A program made the position numbers and the translations under genes. From Octopus vulgaris (lineage: Eukaryota): 64,000 nucleotides of DNA. Positions 52,287 through 64,000 of the stretch are shown here, piece after piece. Position 1 is the stretch's first letter; each line of letters starts with the position of its first letter. The stretch is taken from contig OX597818.1 in NCBI GenBank assembly GCA_951406725.2, positions 121,024,001-121,088,000 of the forward strand, written 5' to 3'. The notes beneath the pieces were generated by a model, which saw only the letters and a program-made list of their open reading frames with translations, did not search any database and was not told the DNA's origin.

Positions 52287-55200
52287 ATAGTAGTAGTAGT
52301 GGTGGTGGTGGTGGTGGTGGTGGTGGTGGTGGTGGTGGTGCGGCTAAGTTTTCTTTAAAATTTGTTGTTTCATTAGTTGGTTTAGTAGACATTAGCTATG
52401 GAGGAAAAAATCCAAAATTATTATTTAATGCGGCCAATATTAGTCGAATCAACTTCTAGTTGATGGTATTTCTGGCGGACCGTTTCTATTTAATAACTCA
52501 ACTGAATAATCCTTCATTATTTCTTTCTCTGCGACGTTAATGCTATCAACACGTCTATATGATATAGTATTTCTTGGCATAAGATGAAGATGTCATTGTT
52601 TGTTGGTTTCAAAACATGTGTGAAAAGTCTGGCTGCATCCGAAAAAATATATATTATGAAACAAAAGTAAACACAAAATTTATTACACGAATCTGTTACC
52701 ACCACGACAGTCAACTATTTAACGCTGAACACGAGTTTGATGTTGAATACATCCACGAATTTTCTGCTCAGATAGCTCTTCCCAAGACTGCAAGACGGCT
52801 TCGTGCAATTCATGCCACGCTGTAGGGTTTTTCAGTTCAACTTTATCGACCAAAGTTAATAATGATTCTGCTAATTCCACGTGTAAACATATGCTGAATG
52901 AAACTCACTGAATAAATCTTAATTAACTGTGTTGTCAATTGTATGCACCTGACATATGCTAACGTGTATGCACCTGACATATGCTAACGTGTATGCAGCC
53001 AGACTTTTCACACATAGGATACATTTTAAGAGTTATTGTTATGATTATCTATCTTTGAGATGACAGACTTACAATTTACGTTTCAACAACAACTATCGGC
53101 GGTGTATTTTTCGTTTGTCACTGTTATTTATGACATCGTTCGTGCGTTTGTACTGGTTTTAAGGTTTTAGGGTTATGGTTAGGGTTTTAGGGTTTTAGGG
53201 TTAGGGTTTTAGAGTTAGGGTTAGGGTTAGGGTTTTAGAGTTAGGGTTAGGATTTTACGGTTAGGGTTAGGGTTGTCATAAATAACAGTGGCAAACGAAA
53301 TATACACCGCTGGAAGTTCTTGTTGAGAAACAACAGCAGTAATTTTATTCAGCTGAATACACGTCATTGATTGGTTGAAATTACCGAAATAGGACAACTT
53401 TAATGTTAAATTTTCTCAAAAATGCTAAGAGTAAAAGATGTTTCATATGACACACTCTACCAGTGTCCAAAGTTTGAAAGTGTTTCGTTACAAAAAAATG
53501 ATTTTAAAAATCTGTAGGTCAAAAGGTAAATATCCAAAAATCTTTGAATAACGTATAGCCTATGCCTGGAAAAAGGCATAATTGTCACAGCTGGAATGTG
53601 CTTAAACACTGTACTGCTCAATCAATGCTGACCTGGAACTAAACCACAATTACCCACTGCGCTGACACCCAGAAAGCCATTGGATGAAAATGTAGAGATG
53701 TGTATGTGTGTGTGTGGTTATTACTTACCACCCTCTTGAAAGCTGCCTTCTTGAAGATTTGGTTGACACGCCAACATTTCGCTAAAATTGGCACCAAAAT
53801 CAGTGTAAAAGAACAAACCAGAAACCAAGCACGTATCTGAAATGGAAGGCAGAGTTAAATGAGGAAAAAACTGTCTCGAATATGAGATCAAGTGAATGGA
53901 AATTATTTTGTTATTTACGTGTTGGTTCTCGAGCTCAAAACCTACTGCAAATGTGGCTATAGCACCTACTTACTGCAAGAGAACTGCTAGGAGTTTTAAG
54001 AAAAGACGACAGACATAGGTAAAATGCACGTGCAAAGAGCCCCAAATAAATGCATAAATAAATATGAATTTAATTCGACCAAAACCAGTGAAAAAACATG
54101 TAAAGAATGTGGACCGCATCACCTTTCGCTTTTTTTTTTTTTTTTTACAGAATTCCCCATTTTCGTGTTTGTCTCCACCATCACCACTTGACAGCCGGTG
54201 TTGGTGTGTTTATGTCCCTGTAACTTAGCGGTTCGGCAAAAGACACCGATAGAATAAGTACTAGGCTTTAAAACAAAATAAGTCGTGGGGTCAAGTTCTT
54301 TGATTAAAACCCTTCAAGGTGGTGTTCCAGCATGGCCGCGGTGAAATGACTGAAACAAATAAAAGATTAAAAGTGTGTGTGCGTGTGTGTGTGTGCGTTC
54401 TTGTGTATGTGTGTGTGTGTGTGTTAGCACTATCTCCGCCAACGTAAATTAAACTTGATCAAATATTCATCAAATACTTTTTTACTTTCTAATTTCACTG
54501 TTGTTAAATGCTTTTTTTTAATTTTCAGGAAAATTTCAATAAAACATTTGCATTCTCCATTTCCCAAGAGACATAAGCGTGTTTTTCACGCATTCAAGCC
54601 ATTAAAAGTTTTCATGTTATACGTCATCTGTACGTTCTATTTGGTCACATGATAAAGTATGTCGTCTGCTCGCTGTATTTGCTCCTCCTTAGTTAAAACA
54701 CATCGCAGCTTCCTTGAATTTTCAAGGAATTTCTTCCACCCACGGACCTGAGAGTAACTATGTACCACCTTGCAAAATTTTTCTAAGAAGCCCTGAAAGT
54801 TTATATAATTTTTTTTTTTTGTAGGAGTGGCTTACTTACGAACCACATGGTTCCGGGTTCTGTCCCACTGCGTGGCACCTTGGGCAAGTGTCTTCTACTA
54901 TAGACTCGGGTCGACCAAAGCCTTGTGAGTGGATTTGGTAGATGGAAACTGAAAGAAGCCCGTCGTATGACATGCTTTCATGACATGAAAGTATATGTGC
55001 ATGAATGAGAAATAGGAAGAGAGCGACTGAGAGATAAGGGGGAGACAGACAGACAATCACATACACAGAGAAAGGCACAAAGACAGACAGGCACACAGGC
55101 AGACAGGCATACACAGACAGATGCACACACACACACACACAGGCTAACAGATACAGACAGACAGACACACAGAGAAAGGCACAAAGACAGACAGGTACAC

Positions 55201-55899
55201 AGGCAGACAAGCACACAGACAGACAGTCACACAGGCTGACCGATACACAGACAGACAGAGATTCAGAAATAGAGGCAGGTCAATGAAAGCTCAGTAAGAG
55301 TTCTGATAATAACAGCAACAATAGTTTACCTGGCATAGCAATGTTGCTGCAAAGCTGTGATATTGAGTATAGACTTGGAGACCATAAATGAGACAACAGC
55401 TATTTGATAGCATACTTCCAGTGCAAGTCACTGCATTCAGATGTGGGCTTGACATTTTGATTAATCTATATGTGAGTAAAAAAAAAGAGTCATGTAATTA
55501 GAAAGGAAAGGAAGCTAAAGAAGAAGAAGAAGAAGAAGAAGAAGAAGAAGAAGAAGAAGAAGAAGAAGAAGAAGAAGAAGAAGAAGAAGAAGAAGAAGAA
55601 GAAGAAGAAGAAGAAGAAGAAAGAAAGAAAGAAAGAAAAATAGAGAAATGGTGACTTTTCTAAAGTTGATTCAACATTAGACATTGTTTCTTTCCAGAAG
55701 GGTTTTTAATCAGAAATTATTTGTTTGGGGTGATTGTGTGGTAAATAGCTTCCTTACCAACCACATGGTCCCGGGTTCAGTTCCACTGCGTGGTACCTTG
55801 GGCAAGTGTCTTCTACTATAGCTTCAGGCCAACCAAAGCCTTGTGAGTGGATTTGGTAGACGGAAGCTGAAAGAAGCCCGTTGTATATATGTGTATATA

Positions 55900-55954
<55 letters not shown>

Positions 55955-57138
55955 GAGTGTATTTTTACCTTGTTAACAATTAACACGGAAAATATAAATA
56001 AATAGTTACCAGGGCAGCAAAAATATTTGATTACACCGGCGTTAACTCCATTTTTTTTATTCATATATATATATATATATATATGTATATGTATATGTAT
56101 ATGTGTATATATATATATGTATATATATGTCTGCTCAGAAATCAAGCAAACTTCAAGAATAATAGTTAAGGTGCTGGCATAGCCATGTAGTTAAGCAGTT
56201 AGCTTCACAAACACAAGCGTCTGGGTTTGATCCTATTATGTTATACCTTGGTAAAGTGTCTTCTACTGGGATGTGTAAGGTTTAGTTAACAGAAACTATA
56301 CTGAAGCTCATCATATATGTGCATGTGTATATGTGTAGTTGTGCTGAAGTATTCTGGTGTAGAACAGTACATCAAGTTGTAGCTCAGTCTACCAAAGGAG
56401 ATCAAATTCATCTATTTGATAAACAAGGATCAATAAAGTTGAAAGAAGTACATGGGTGGGTGTGATCCATTGAAATTATCTTGTTGTTGTTGTTAAGCAA
56501 CAAGACTGGTAAGGATGATTAGGTGATGGTCTAGGGCTTAGGGGCGAGAGACCCCAGACCTTGGAGAAAAAAAAAACTTTGGTCATCATGTTGTAGTTGA
56601 GGGCTCTTCGTTGACACCCGACACCACTGGGTGGTGGCCCTCGAAGTCGTTGGAAATGGAAATCTCCAGGTCCAAATTCCTGAACGGCTTGAAATTCTCT
56701 TGAAAGCAATGTCCCAGCATTTTGCATTGTGGTAGACTTAATCCATCACCCAGTTTAACATCTCCACCTGGCTCTAAAGTGTCTTTTCATGAGTCCTTTC
56801 TGTTACAAGAATTTGAACAGGGTCTCCAATTTGAGGATAACTTCCATGCTTCTTAACTTCCAGTTATCATTCCCACCACTACCACCACCACCATCACCAT
56901 CAAAATCATCAACCATGATAATTGTTCTTTCGCCACTCAGTCAGTCATGATAAATATAAAACCAGAAACCTGATGAATGAAATTGACAGGAAAAATTAAA
57001 AGCATAAAAAGAGAAAATAATTTACCTGTGTTTTCTATAAAAGATATTGAAAGCCAAGAAGTATATAGACACAATGGTACCCGTGGTGGCCAGAAAGATT
57101 GAGAGCCAAAATAGTTCCTGAGTTAAAGGTTTGTCCAT
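41466..57138 (-). CDS. GPR156: GPR156-like (GABA-B-related, VFT-less) class C GPCR, intact copy, 7 coding exons, 614 aa
   Basis: Exons 57026-57138, 55330-55465, 53729-53836, 52028-52150, 50018-50362, 45195-45350, 41466-42329 all have AG/GT boundaries and join in frame (phases 2,0,0,0,0,0). Motifs [56 protein letters not shown] and a coiled coil [23 protein letters not shown] match the GABA-B/GPR156 7TM family as recalled. The symbol is a best match; orthology is untested. Confidence 0.85.
45195..45350 (-). CDS. GPR156-like exon 6 (ILLWRKSK...SALKRSMQA, start of coiled coil)
   Basis: 156 nt, acceptor TTTCAG, donor GCA|GTTAGT, in frame with neighbouring exons. Confidence 0.8.
46103..46689 (+). 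mobile_element. Duplicate of short Tx1/L1-like insertion
   Basis: Copy of 22133-22719. Confidence 0.8.
46799..48077 (+). mobile_element. Duplicate of longer Tx1/L1-like insertion
   Basis: Copy of 22821-24099. Confidence 0.85.
50018..50362 (-). CDS. GPR156-like exon 5 (ECL2, TM5-TM7, ends FIPK)
   Basis: 345 nt, acceptor TTACAG, donor AAG|GTGAGT; ECL2 Cys, YKG motif, FxPK TM7 motif. Confidence 0.9.
52028..52150 (-). CDS. GPR156-like exon 4 (VIKDLRLF...WQALDPL...ITK, TM4)
   Basis: 123 nt, acceptor GACAG, donor AAA|GTAAGT. Confidence 0.88.
53729..53836 (-). CDS. GPR156-like exon 3 (IRAWFLV...[23 protein letters not shown]3/ICL2)
   Basis: 108 nt, acceptor TTTCAG, canonical donor GTG|GTAAGT; KxWR class C TM3 motif; too short for the ORF track. 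Confidence 0.88.
55330..55465 (-). CDS. GPR156-like exon 2 ([10 protein letters not shown]...TLLCQ, ICL1/TM2)
   Basis: 136 nt, acceptor ATAG, donor CAG|GTAAAC, GABA-B-family IKMSSP motif. Confidence 0.88.
57026..57138 (-). CDS. GPR156-like coding exon 1 ([16 protein letters not shown]...FYRKHR, TM1)
   Basis: ATG in AAAATG context with an in-frame TGA 9 nt upstream; donor AG|GTAAAT; upstream acceptor TTTTGTCTTGTAG (exon starts 57174). Confidence 0.8.
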
Positions 57139-60100
57139 TTTATTTCAAACATCCATTGAGTATGTTCCACTTCGCTACAAGACAAAAAAAAACTAAATCA
57201 AGAAATTTATAGAATGTGATTTATTAATATTATCGCTACTGCTATTATTATTACTACTCTTCATAGGCTGTTACTGACAACCAATCAGTATCCTCGTTAG
57301 CAGCTGCAGTGCCGTTTTCATTATCATCACCATCATAGTCGTTGTCATCATCTTCATCAACATCAACATCATCGTTGTCATGGTCAGCATCTCTAACAAC
57401 ACAATCTGCACAATCATTACTGACATTAATATTGATTTCTAACAGACACAACACAGCTTGTCAAATTTTGGACAGGTTTGAAATTGATCCCAGTAATTCA
57501 CTGGTACTTTATTTTATCGATCAGCAGAATAGTGAAAGATTATGTTGACCTTGGGGGATTTGAACCTAAAACATACTGAGCTGTAACTAAATACCATAAG
57601 GTGCTTTGTCTGACACTCTAATGATTCTGCCAAACCACCATCCCTAACTATCATCAATATCACTGATCCACAAGGCAGCAAGTTAGCCGAACCATAAGCA
57701 AACTCAGCAAAATGCTTAATGGCATTTTGTCTGTCTATACATTCTGAGTTCAAATTCTACCAAGGTCGACTTTGCCTTTCATCCTTTCAGGGTTGATGAA
57801 AATAAGTACCAGTTGAACACTGGGGTCGATGTAATTCACTAACCCCTCGCTTGATATTGCTGGCCTTATGCCAAAATTTGAAACCAATATTACTAGTCCA
57901 CTATATTACTATCATCAGACCAGCATTACCAAAATTAATGTCAGCTAGAAGTCACCTCTGTCTTCGACAAAAACCAGTAACAATAATAACAAAGCCTGCA
58001 GTTTTTCACGGGAAGGAGTTAGCTCCAAGGACTTGAATGGTACTTAATTTTATTGACCCTAGATGAAAGCAAAGTTGACCTCAATTAGATCTGAACTCAG
58101 AATATCAAGAGCCAGAACTAATATGGCAAGTTTTTTTCCAACACTTAAGCAATTTTATCAGCTCACTGTCTTAACAATAATGATTACTGCAGTGGCAACA
58201 ACAATATCAAGCACTTAGGACATGTAAGAGAGAGGCAACATACTCTGATTGCCACACCACAGACTACACAACAAGTCTTCGTTCATACGTAGATCACATA
58301 ACATTTCACAATGAAAATAAACCTCATACACCATGCATTCACTATCTCTTACAAACCACAAATTAGTTTTCTTCTATCTCACTTACAAACCACAAAACAG
58401 TTTTCATTATGACATTACAGGTCTCATAACGTCTTCATTTCTATTCTATAAACCACCCAACATAACTTTGCTATCACACTGCAGGCCAGACATGTCTTCA
58501 CTCCCATGCAACACTTCACAAAGCATGCCTTCACTCCTGTACTTCGCACCACATAATATCTTCATACTACACCACACATCACACATATCTTAACTACCTC
58601 ACAACAAGCCACACATCTTCACTCTGCACTATACACCGCACAATATGCCTTCTCTCTGAACTACATGCTTCACAACATGGTTTCACTATCACACTACATG
58701 TCACACAATAGCTCCATGATTTTCAGTGTCTTAGTCAAAAAAGGACAAGGTTCCTTGTCCACTTCGAACACTTCCAAAATTAGTAGGAGGAAAGTACTGA
58801 GACTTTAGTTTCAATACTTAAGGCAACCACAGACCAGACAGTGGTATTAAATAGGGAAGGGATGGATTAAAAGTAGCACACTTCACATTGCACATGTCCT
58901 CATTAACATACTACAACTTATATGATGTTCTCCATTCCACACTACATCCCATGCAGCATATCTTCACTGCCATATTATTTGCTACAGTGCTACACAATCT
59001 TCTATCACATTAAACAATTACACATGTTCTCAATAGGTGCAGGAGTGGCTGTGTGGTAAGTAGCTTGCTTACCAACCTCATGGTCCCGTGTTCATTCCCA
59101 CTGCATGGCACCTTAGGCAAGTGTCTACTACTATGGCCTCGGGCTGACCAAAGCCTTCTGAGTGGATTTGGTAGACGGAAACTGAAAGAAGCCCATTGTA
59201 TATATGTATATATATATGTGTGTGTGTGTTTGTGTATCTGTGTTTGTCCCCCCAACATCGTTTGACAACTGATGCTGATGTGTCTATGTCCCCGTAACTT
59301 AGCAGTTCAGCAAAAGAGACCAATAGAATAAATACTAGGCTTACAAAGAATAAGTCCTGGGGTTGATTTCCTCGACTAAAGGCGGTGCTCCAGCATGGCC
59401 GTAGTCAAATGACTGAAACAAGTAAAAGAGTAAAAGAGTTATACTGCCTCTCATGCAACCAACTACTACATCAGAGGGTGTATACTGTAGGGTCAATACA
59501 CATTGAAGTTATTATGTGACTGTAAACTATGAAAACAAGAACAGCAGTAATAGCTGACAACTTGGTCTTGTCTTACCATCATGTGAAGTCCGGATTGCTA
59601 GAAATGGTAGTCAAAGTCTCAAAGTTTTAGCAACACCAACATTTTCTTCAGACTATGAAACATAATATAAAGTGAGATATTAACCTGCTGATGTTGATAA
59701 CAAAGGCACTGCAGAGTGGCTGAATTTTTCATTGGTGCTCATTGCTGATCGTTTAAGCTTAATGTGGACAATTCCTGTATAGGTATGATTATTGTTACAG
59801 AAGTGTCAAGTAGCTTAATTTTCAAGCCACCAGATTCTCGAGTGTAGAGTGGGGATTTGTTATTCCTGTAATCTGTCATGACTTGTATATGTACATTCAA
59901 AGTGACATGTATTGATGTTGTAGTCTAGCAACTAGCAAATCTGAAGTACATGGTCAGCTGCTTTAAAGAAATAACAATAACATCAATGGCAATAGTAGTA
60001 ACACCAACAAAAGTAACAATAGTAAGAACTATATCAGTAACAATAACAAAAAGTTGACTAAGAAGCCATTACTACATGCTCTCTCTACTATCGCTGCACT

Positions 60101-61713
60101 TCAACTCGCAAGAAATAACTGCTAAATCAAAGTACAAATTGTTTAAGATATAGGCGCAGGAGTGGCTGTGTGGTAAGTAGCTTGCTTACCAACCACATGG
60201 TCCCAGGTTCAGTCCCACTGCGTGGCATCTTGGGCAAGTGTCTTCTGCTATAGCCCCGGGCTGACCAAAGCCTTGTGAAACTGAAAGAAACTGAAAGAAG
60301 CCTGTCGTATATATGTATATATATATATGTATGTGTGTGTTTGTGTGTCTGTGTTTGTCCCCCTAGCATTGCTTGACAACCGATGCTGGTGTGTTTACGT
60401 CCTCGTCACTTAGCGGTTCGGCAAAAGAGACCAATAGAATAAGTACTGGGCTTACAAAGAATAAGTCTGAGGTCGATTTGCTTGACTAAAGGCGGTGCTC
60501 CAGCATGGCCACAGTCAAATGACTGAAAGAAGTAAAAGAGTAAAAGAGTAAAGAGTATACCAACTACATGACAGAACAATACATAACCTGGTGTCGACAT
60601 ATTTAATGCAAAAAGAATTAAAAGCTAACAAGAAAAGTGTTGAAACTCCTATTTGTTCGCTGTAGTGGTAGCTCTCTTTAGGCAAATTTTATGTTTAGTT
60701 TTTTTAAATTTTATTTATGGCCAATACATAATGTTACATGACATGTCGGGAATTTTGCCAGAGAGGCAGGGCCAATCCATAAAGTTACATTACATATTGG
60801 GGATTTCGCCAGAGGGGCAGGCCCAACCGATAATGTTACATGACATGTCAGCGAATGCACCAGAGGGGCTGGATCAAGCAATCACGTTACATGACATGTT
60901 GGGGATTCACCAGCGGGGCAGACCCTACCTATAACGTTACATGACATGTCGGGCAATTTGCCACGGGGGCAGTGCCAATCCGTACTGTTACATGACATGC
61001 CAATGTTACATGACATGTCAGAGATTTCACCAGGGGAGCAGGCGCATGCCATAACATTACATGACATGTCAAGGGATTTGCCAGAGGGGCAAGCGCAACC
61101 CATAACATTACATGACATGTCTGGATTCACCACAGGAACAGGGCCAATCCGTAATGTTACATGACATTTTGCTGATTTCGCCAAAGGGGCAGGGCCCATA
61201 ATGTTAGATGACATGTTGGGAAATTCGCCAGAGGGGCAGGACCAATTCAAAACTTTAGATGACATGTCGGGGATTTTTCTCAACAATGCCAAGAGTAAAC
61301 GATGTTTTATGTGACACATTCTACCAATATACGAAGTTTGAAAGTGTTTTGTTACAAAAAATTATTTTTTAAATCTGTAGGTCAAAAGGTAAAGATCCGA
61401 AGATTTATCAGTTATTTTTGTTATGTCAAGCAACTACATAGAGGGTTCCTCAGTAGCTCATAATACTCATAATTTTAAAAGCTGGAAATGTATTTTCTCT
61501 TTTATTTGTTTATTATTTACAGCGCTTTCATACTATGGCTGTGCTGGGGTTCTGCCTTCCAAACCTTTACTCATTTGATTCCAATACTCTGTCTGGTACA
61601 TATATTTTTTTTTTTTTACTTATCTGTACATGACTAAGTTTACCTTAGGTATTTTTGTTTGCTTAATTGATTTATTCCTTGCTAATAAGCATGTGCATAT
61701 GCAAGCACACACA

Positions 61714-61755
<42 letters not shown>

Positions 61756-61845
61756 TGCATACTGGAAGAGCTTCTGACCCTAGAAAAACCTGTCTCAACA
61801 AAGATTTGTCTGATCCATGTAAGCATGGAATGGTGAATGTTAAAG

Positions 61846-61887
<42 letters not shown>

Positions 61888-61949
61888 CGATGATGATGAT
61901 GATGATGTTGATGATGATGATGATGTTGATGATGGCAAAGGTGCATATA

Positions 61950-62075
61950 TGACAGACTTCCCCGTAGTTTCTTTGAATCAAATCTCCCTCACAAGACTGT
62001 GGTGAGGCCGAAGCTATGGTAAAAGACACTTATCCAAAAACCCAATATGATGTACAGTGAGCTTGAACCCTAAAA
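61950..62075 (-). mobile_element. Degenerate SINE family A spanning the array's right breakpoint
   Basis: GACAGACTTC...CAAATCTCCCTCACAAGACTGTGG...GCTATGGTAAAAGACACTT aligns by eye to the reverse complement of family A. Confidence 0.7.
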
Positions 62076-64000
62076 TAGTATATTCAAAATATCTCCGCTG
62101 ATCTGCTCTTAAAATTCTTTCATCTTTTTATATTTATTCTTTTTGTTTTGAGACAAGGCCAGTAATTTTGAGAGGAAAGTGAAGCCGATTATATCAACCT
62201 CAGCACTCACAGCTATTTATTTTATTGACCTCATAAAGATGAAAAGCAAAGTTGACCTCAGCTGCATTTGAACCCTGAATGTAAAGCTGAAATAAATGCC
62301 TCCAAGTATTTTGTTTGGCATGCTAATGATTCTGCCAGCTCAACACTTACCTTTAGCATTCAAACTAGCCATATCTGGCCAAAATATTCTGCCTCTTTTA
62401 TGTTCAACTGGTCAGATCCAGCTTTTCACACCTACTCTACAATGTTATAGAAAAAATAATCACATCATTGAAATCCCAAAGCTATGAGACAATGTGTGGT
62501 TAATTCAAGACAGTATGAATAAATAAGCATTAGATTTGACAGAGTAATCTGAATACTAAAGGATACGTAGGATTATAATAATAGATAATTTCAAAAACAA
62601 GGCACAGGGTCTTCAATTTGGTGGAAAGAGTGTGCCAGTACTTGATTGGGGTTTTTTTGGACCCTAGAAGAATGAAATGCAATGATGGCTTTAGTGAGAT
62701 TTGAACTTGGAATATAAAAGCTCTTTATATATAACAGTCAAATTTCATCAACAGAATCATTTGTTTCCCTGCATGAAACTACATTTATAACTGTTTTTTA
62801 TTGCTGGTTCAAAGACATAAAACATTCATATAAAATGATGAAAACTAGAGAGTAGCACCACTGCTAAATAGGTGATTAGTGACAGGAATTGCACATAACA
62901 ACATCTATATTACTGCTGAATTGTGTTGAGTTTTATTTAGTGCGATGCTGGAAAACAAAATCACTATTAATAGAACTTAAAAAATCATTTCATCTACTTT
63001 TTATGACCAGCTTGAAAATCATTTCGTCTTTCTTTTTGCATCAAATGAGTGATATTTAATCAATTATTCAAAATGATGAGAGTTAAGTGAGCAAAGATAC
63101 ATCCTGTTTATGAAGGAAATACTGGGAGGGTTAATCTGTAAGTACTCGTTAATTATTAATTTTAATTTCTTTATCACTATGAACAGTGATGAACTCTAAG
63201 GGGTGTCTTTATAGTAAAATGAGAAGTACATGAACACCCACCACCACCACCACCACCACCAGCAAAAAAATTTTTTTATATCTTTGTCTTTTATCTGTTT
63301 TAGTCATTGGACTACAGCCATGCTGGAGCACTATCTTGAAGGGTACAGTTGAGCATCACAATACAAGTACTTATTTTTAAGTTTGATACATATTCTATCA
63401 GCTTGAACTGATGATATGCTGTAAAGCTAAGCACTTTCGGGGTCGATTAAATAAGTAGCAGTTACACACTGAGATTGATATAATTGACTTAATCCGTTTG
63501 TCTGTTCTTGTTTGTCCCCTCTGTGTGTAGCCCCTTGTGGGAAGTAAAGAAATAGGTTTTATTTCAGCCAGAACATAAAAAAAGTAAGAGAAAAGTATCA
63601 GCTGCCTTCAAAGATTAGCCTTATTCATGATATAAATTTACAGTATCACTATTAGTACTGATAGCACACACTCATACACATACACACACGTGTGTGTGTG
63701 TTTGTGTGTATGCACATGTGTGTGTGTGTATGCATGTGTGTCCAGGTCACAATGTTGTAGAAAATAATTTAACCTCTTAACATATCATCCTGTATAATTT
63801 CATTCAGCAATGTCAAGTAAATAAATATCAGAACAAAAATATACATTCACTGTACTCAATATTCTTTTCTACTCTAGGCACAAGGTTCGAAATTTTTGAG
63901 GAGCGGGTGGGGGGCAGTAGATTAGATCGACTCCAATATGCAACTAGTACTTAATTTATCAACCTCTGGAAAGGTTGAAAAGGAAAGTCGACCTCGGCAG

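Noticed and set aside
61979-64000. Additional GPCR exons in the unique flank
   Set aside because: Only SINE fragments and microsatellites were recognisable; no supported exon

Overview
AT-rich, SINE- and microsatellite-dense animal genomic DNA. The SINE families look like those of Octopus; this is recognised from memory, not verified. Nearly the whole window (1-61978) is a head-to-tail tandem array of a near-identical ~23.9-kb unit: a partial unit at 1-14098, full units at 14099-38022 and 38023-61978, then unique sequence from 61979. Each unit carries the whole 7-exon coding sequence (614 aa, minus strand) of a class C GPCR with no Venus-flytrap domain, most like GPR156. It also carries the orphaned last exon (a CBM14 chitin-binding domain) of a convergent plus-strand gene. 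Only the rightmost GPCR copy, which adjoins the unique flank, has all canonical splice sites. The two left copies share a GT>CT mutation at the exon-3 donor plus an adjacent R>S change. The unit junction fuses two different SINEs. Introns contain (TC)n-targeted Tx1/L1-like LINE fragments, TIR elements with telomere-like or 51-bp internal arrays, a hAT-like MITE, a probable Penelope relic and many SINEs. Most ORFs in the supplied track are repeat artefacts.
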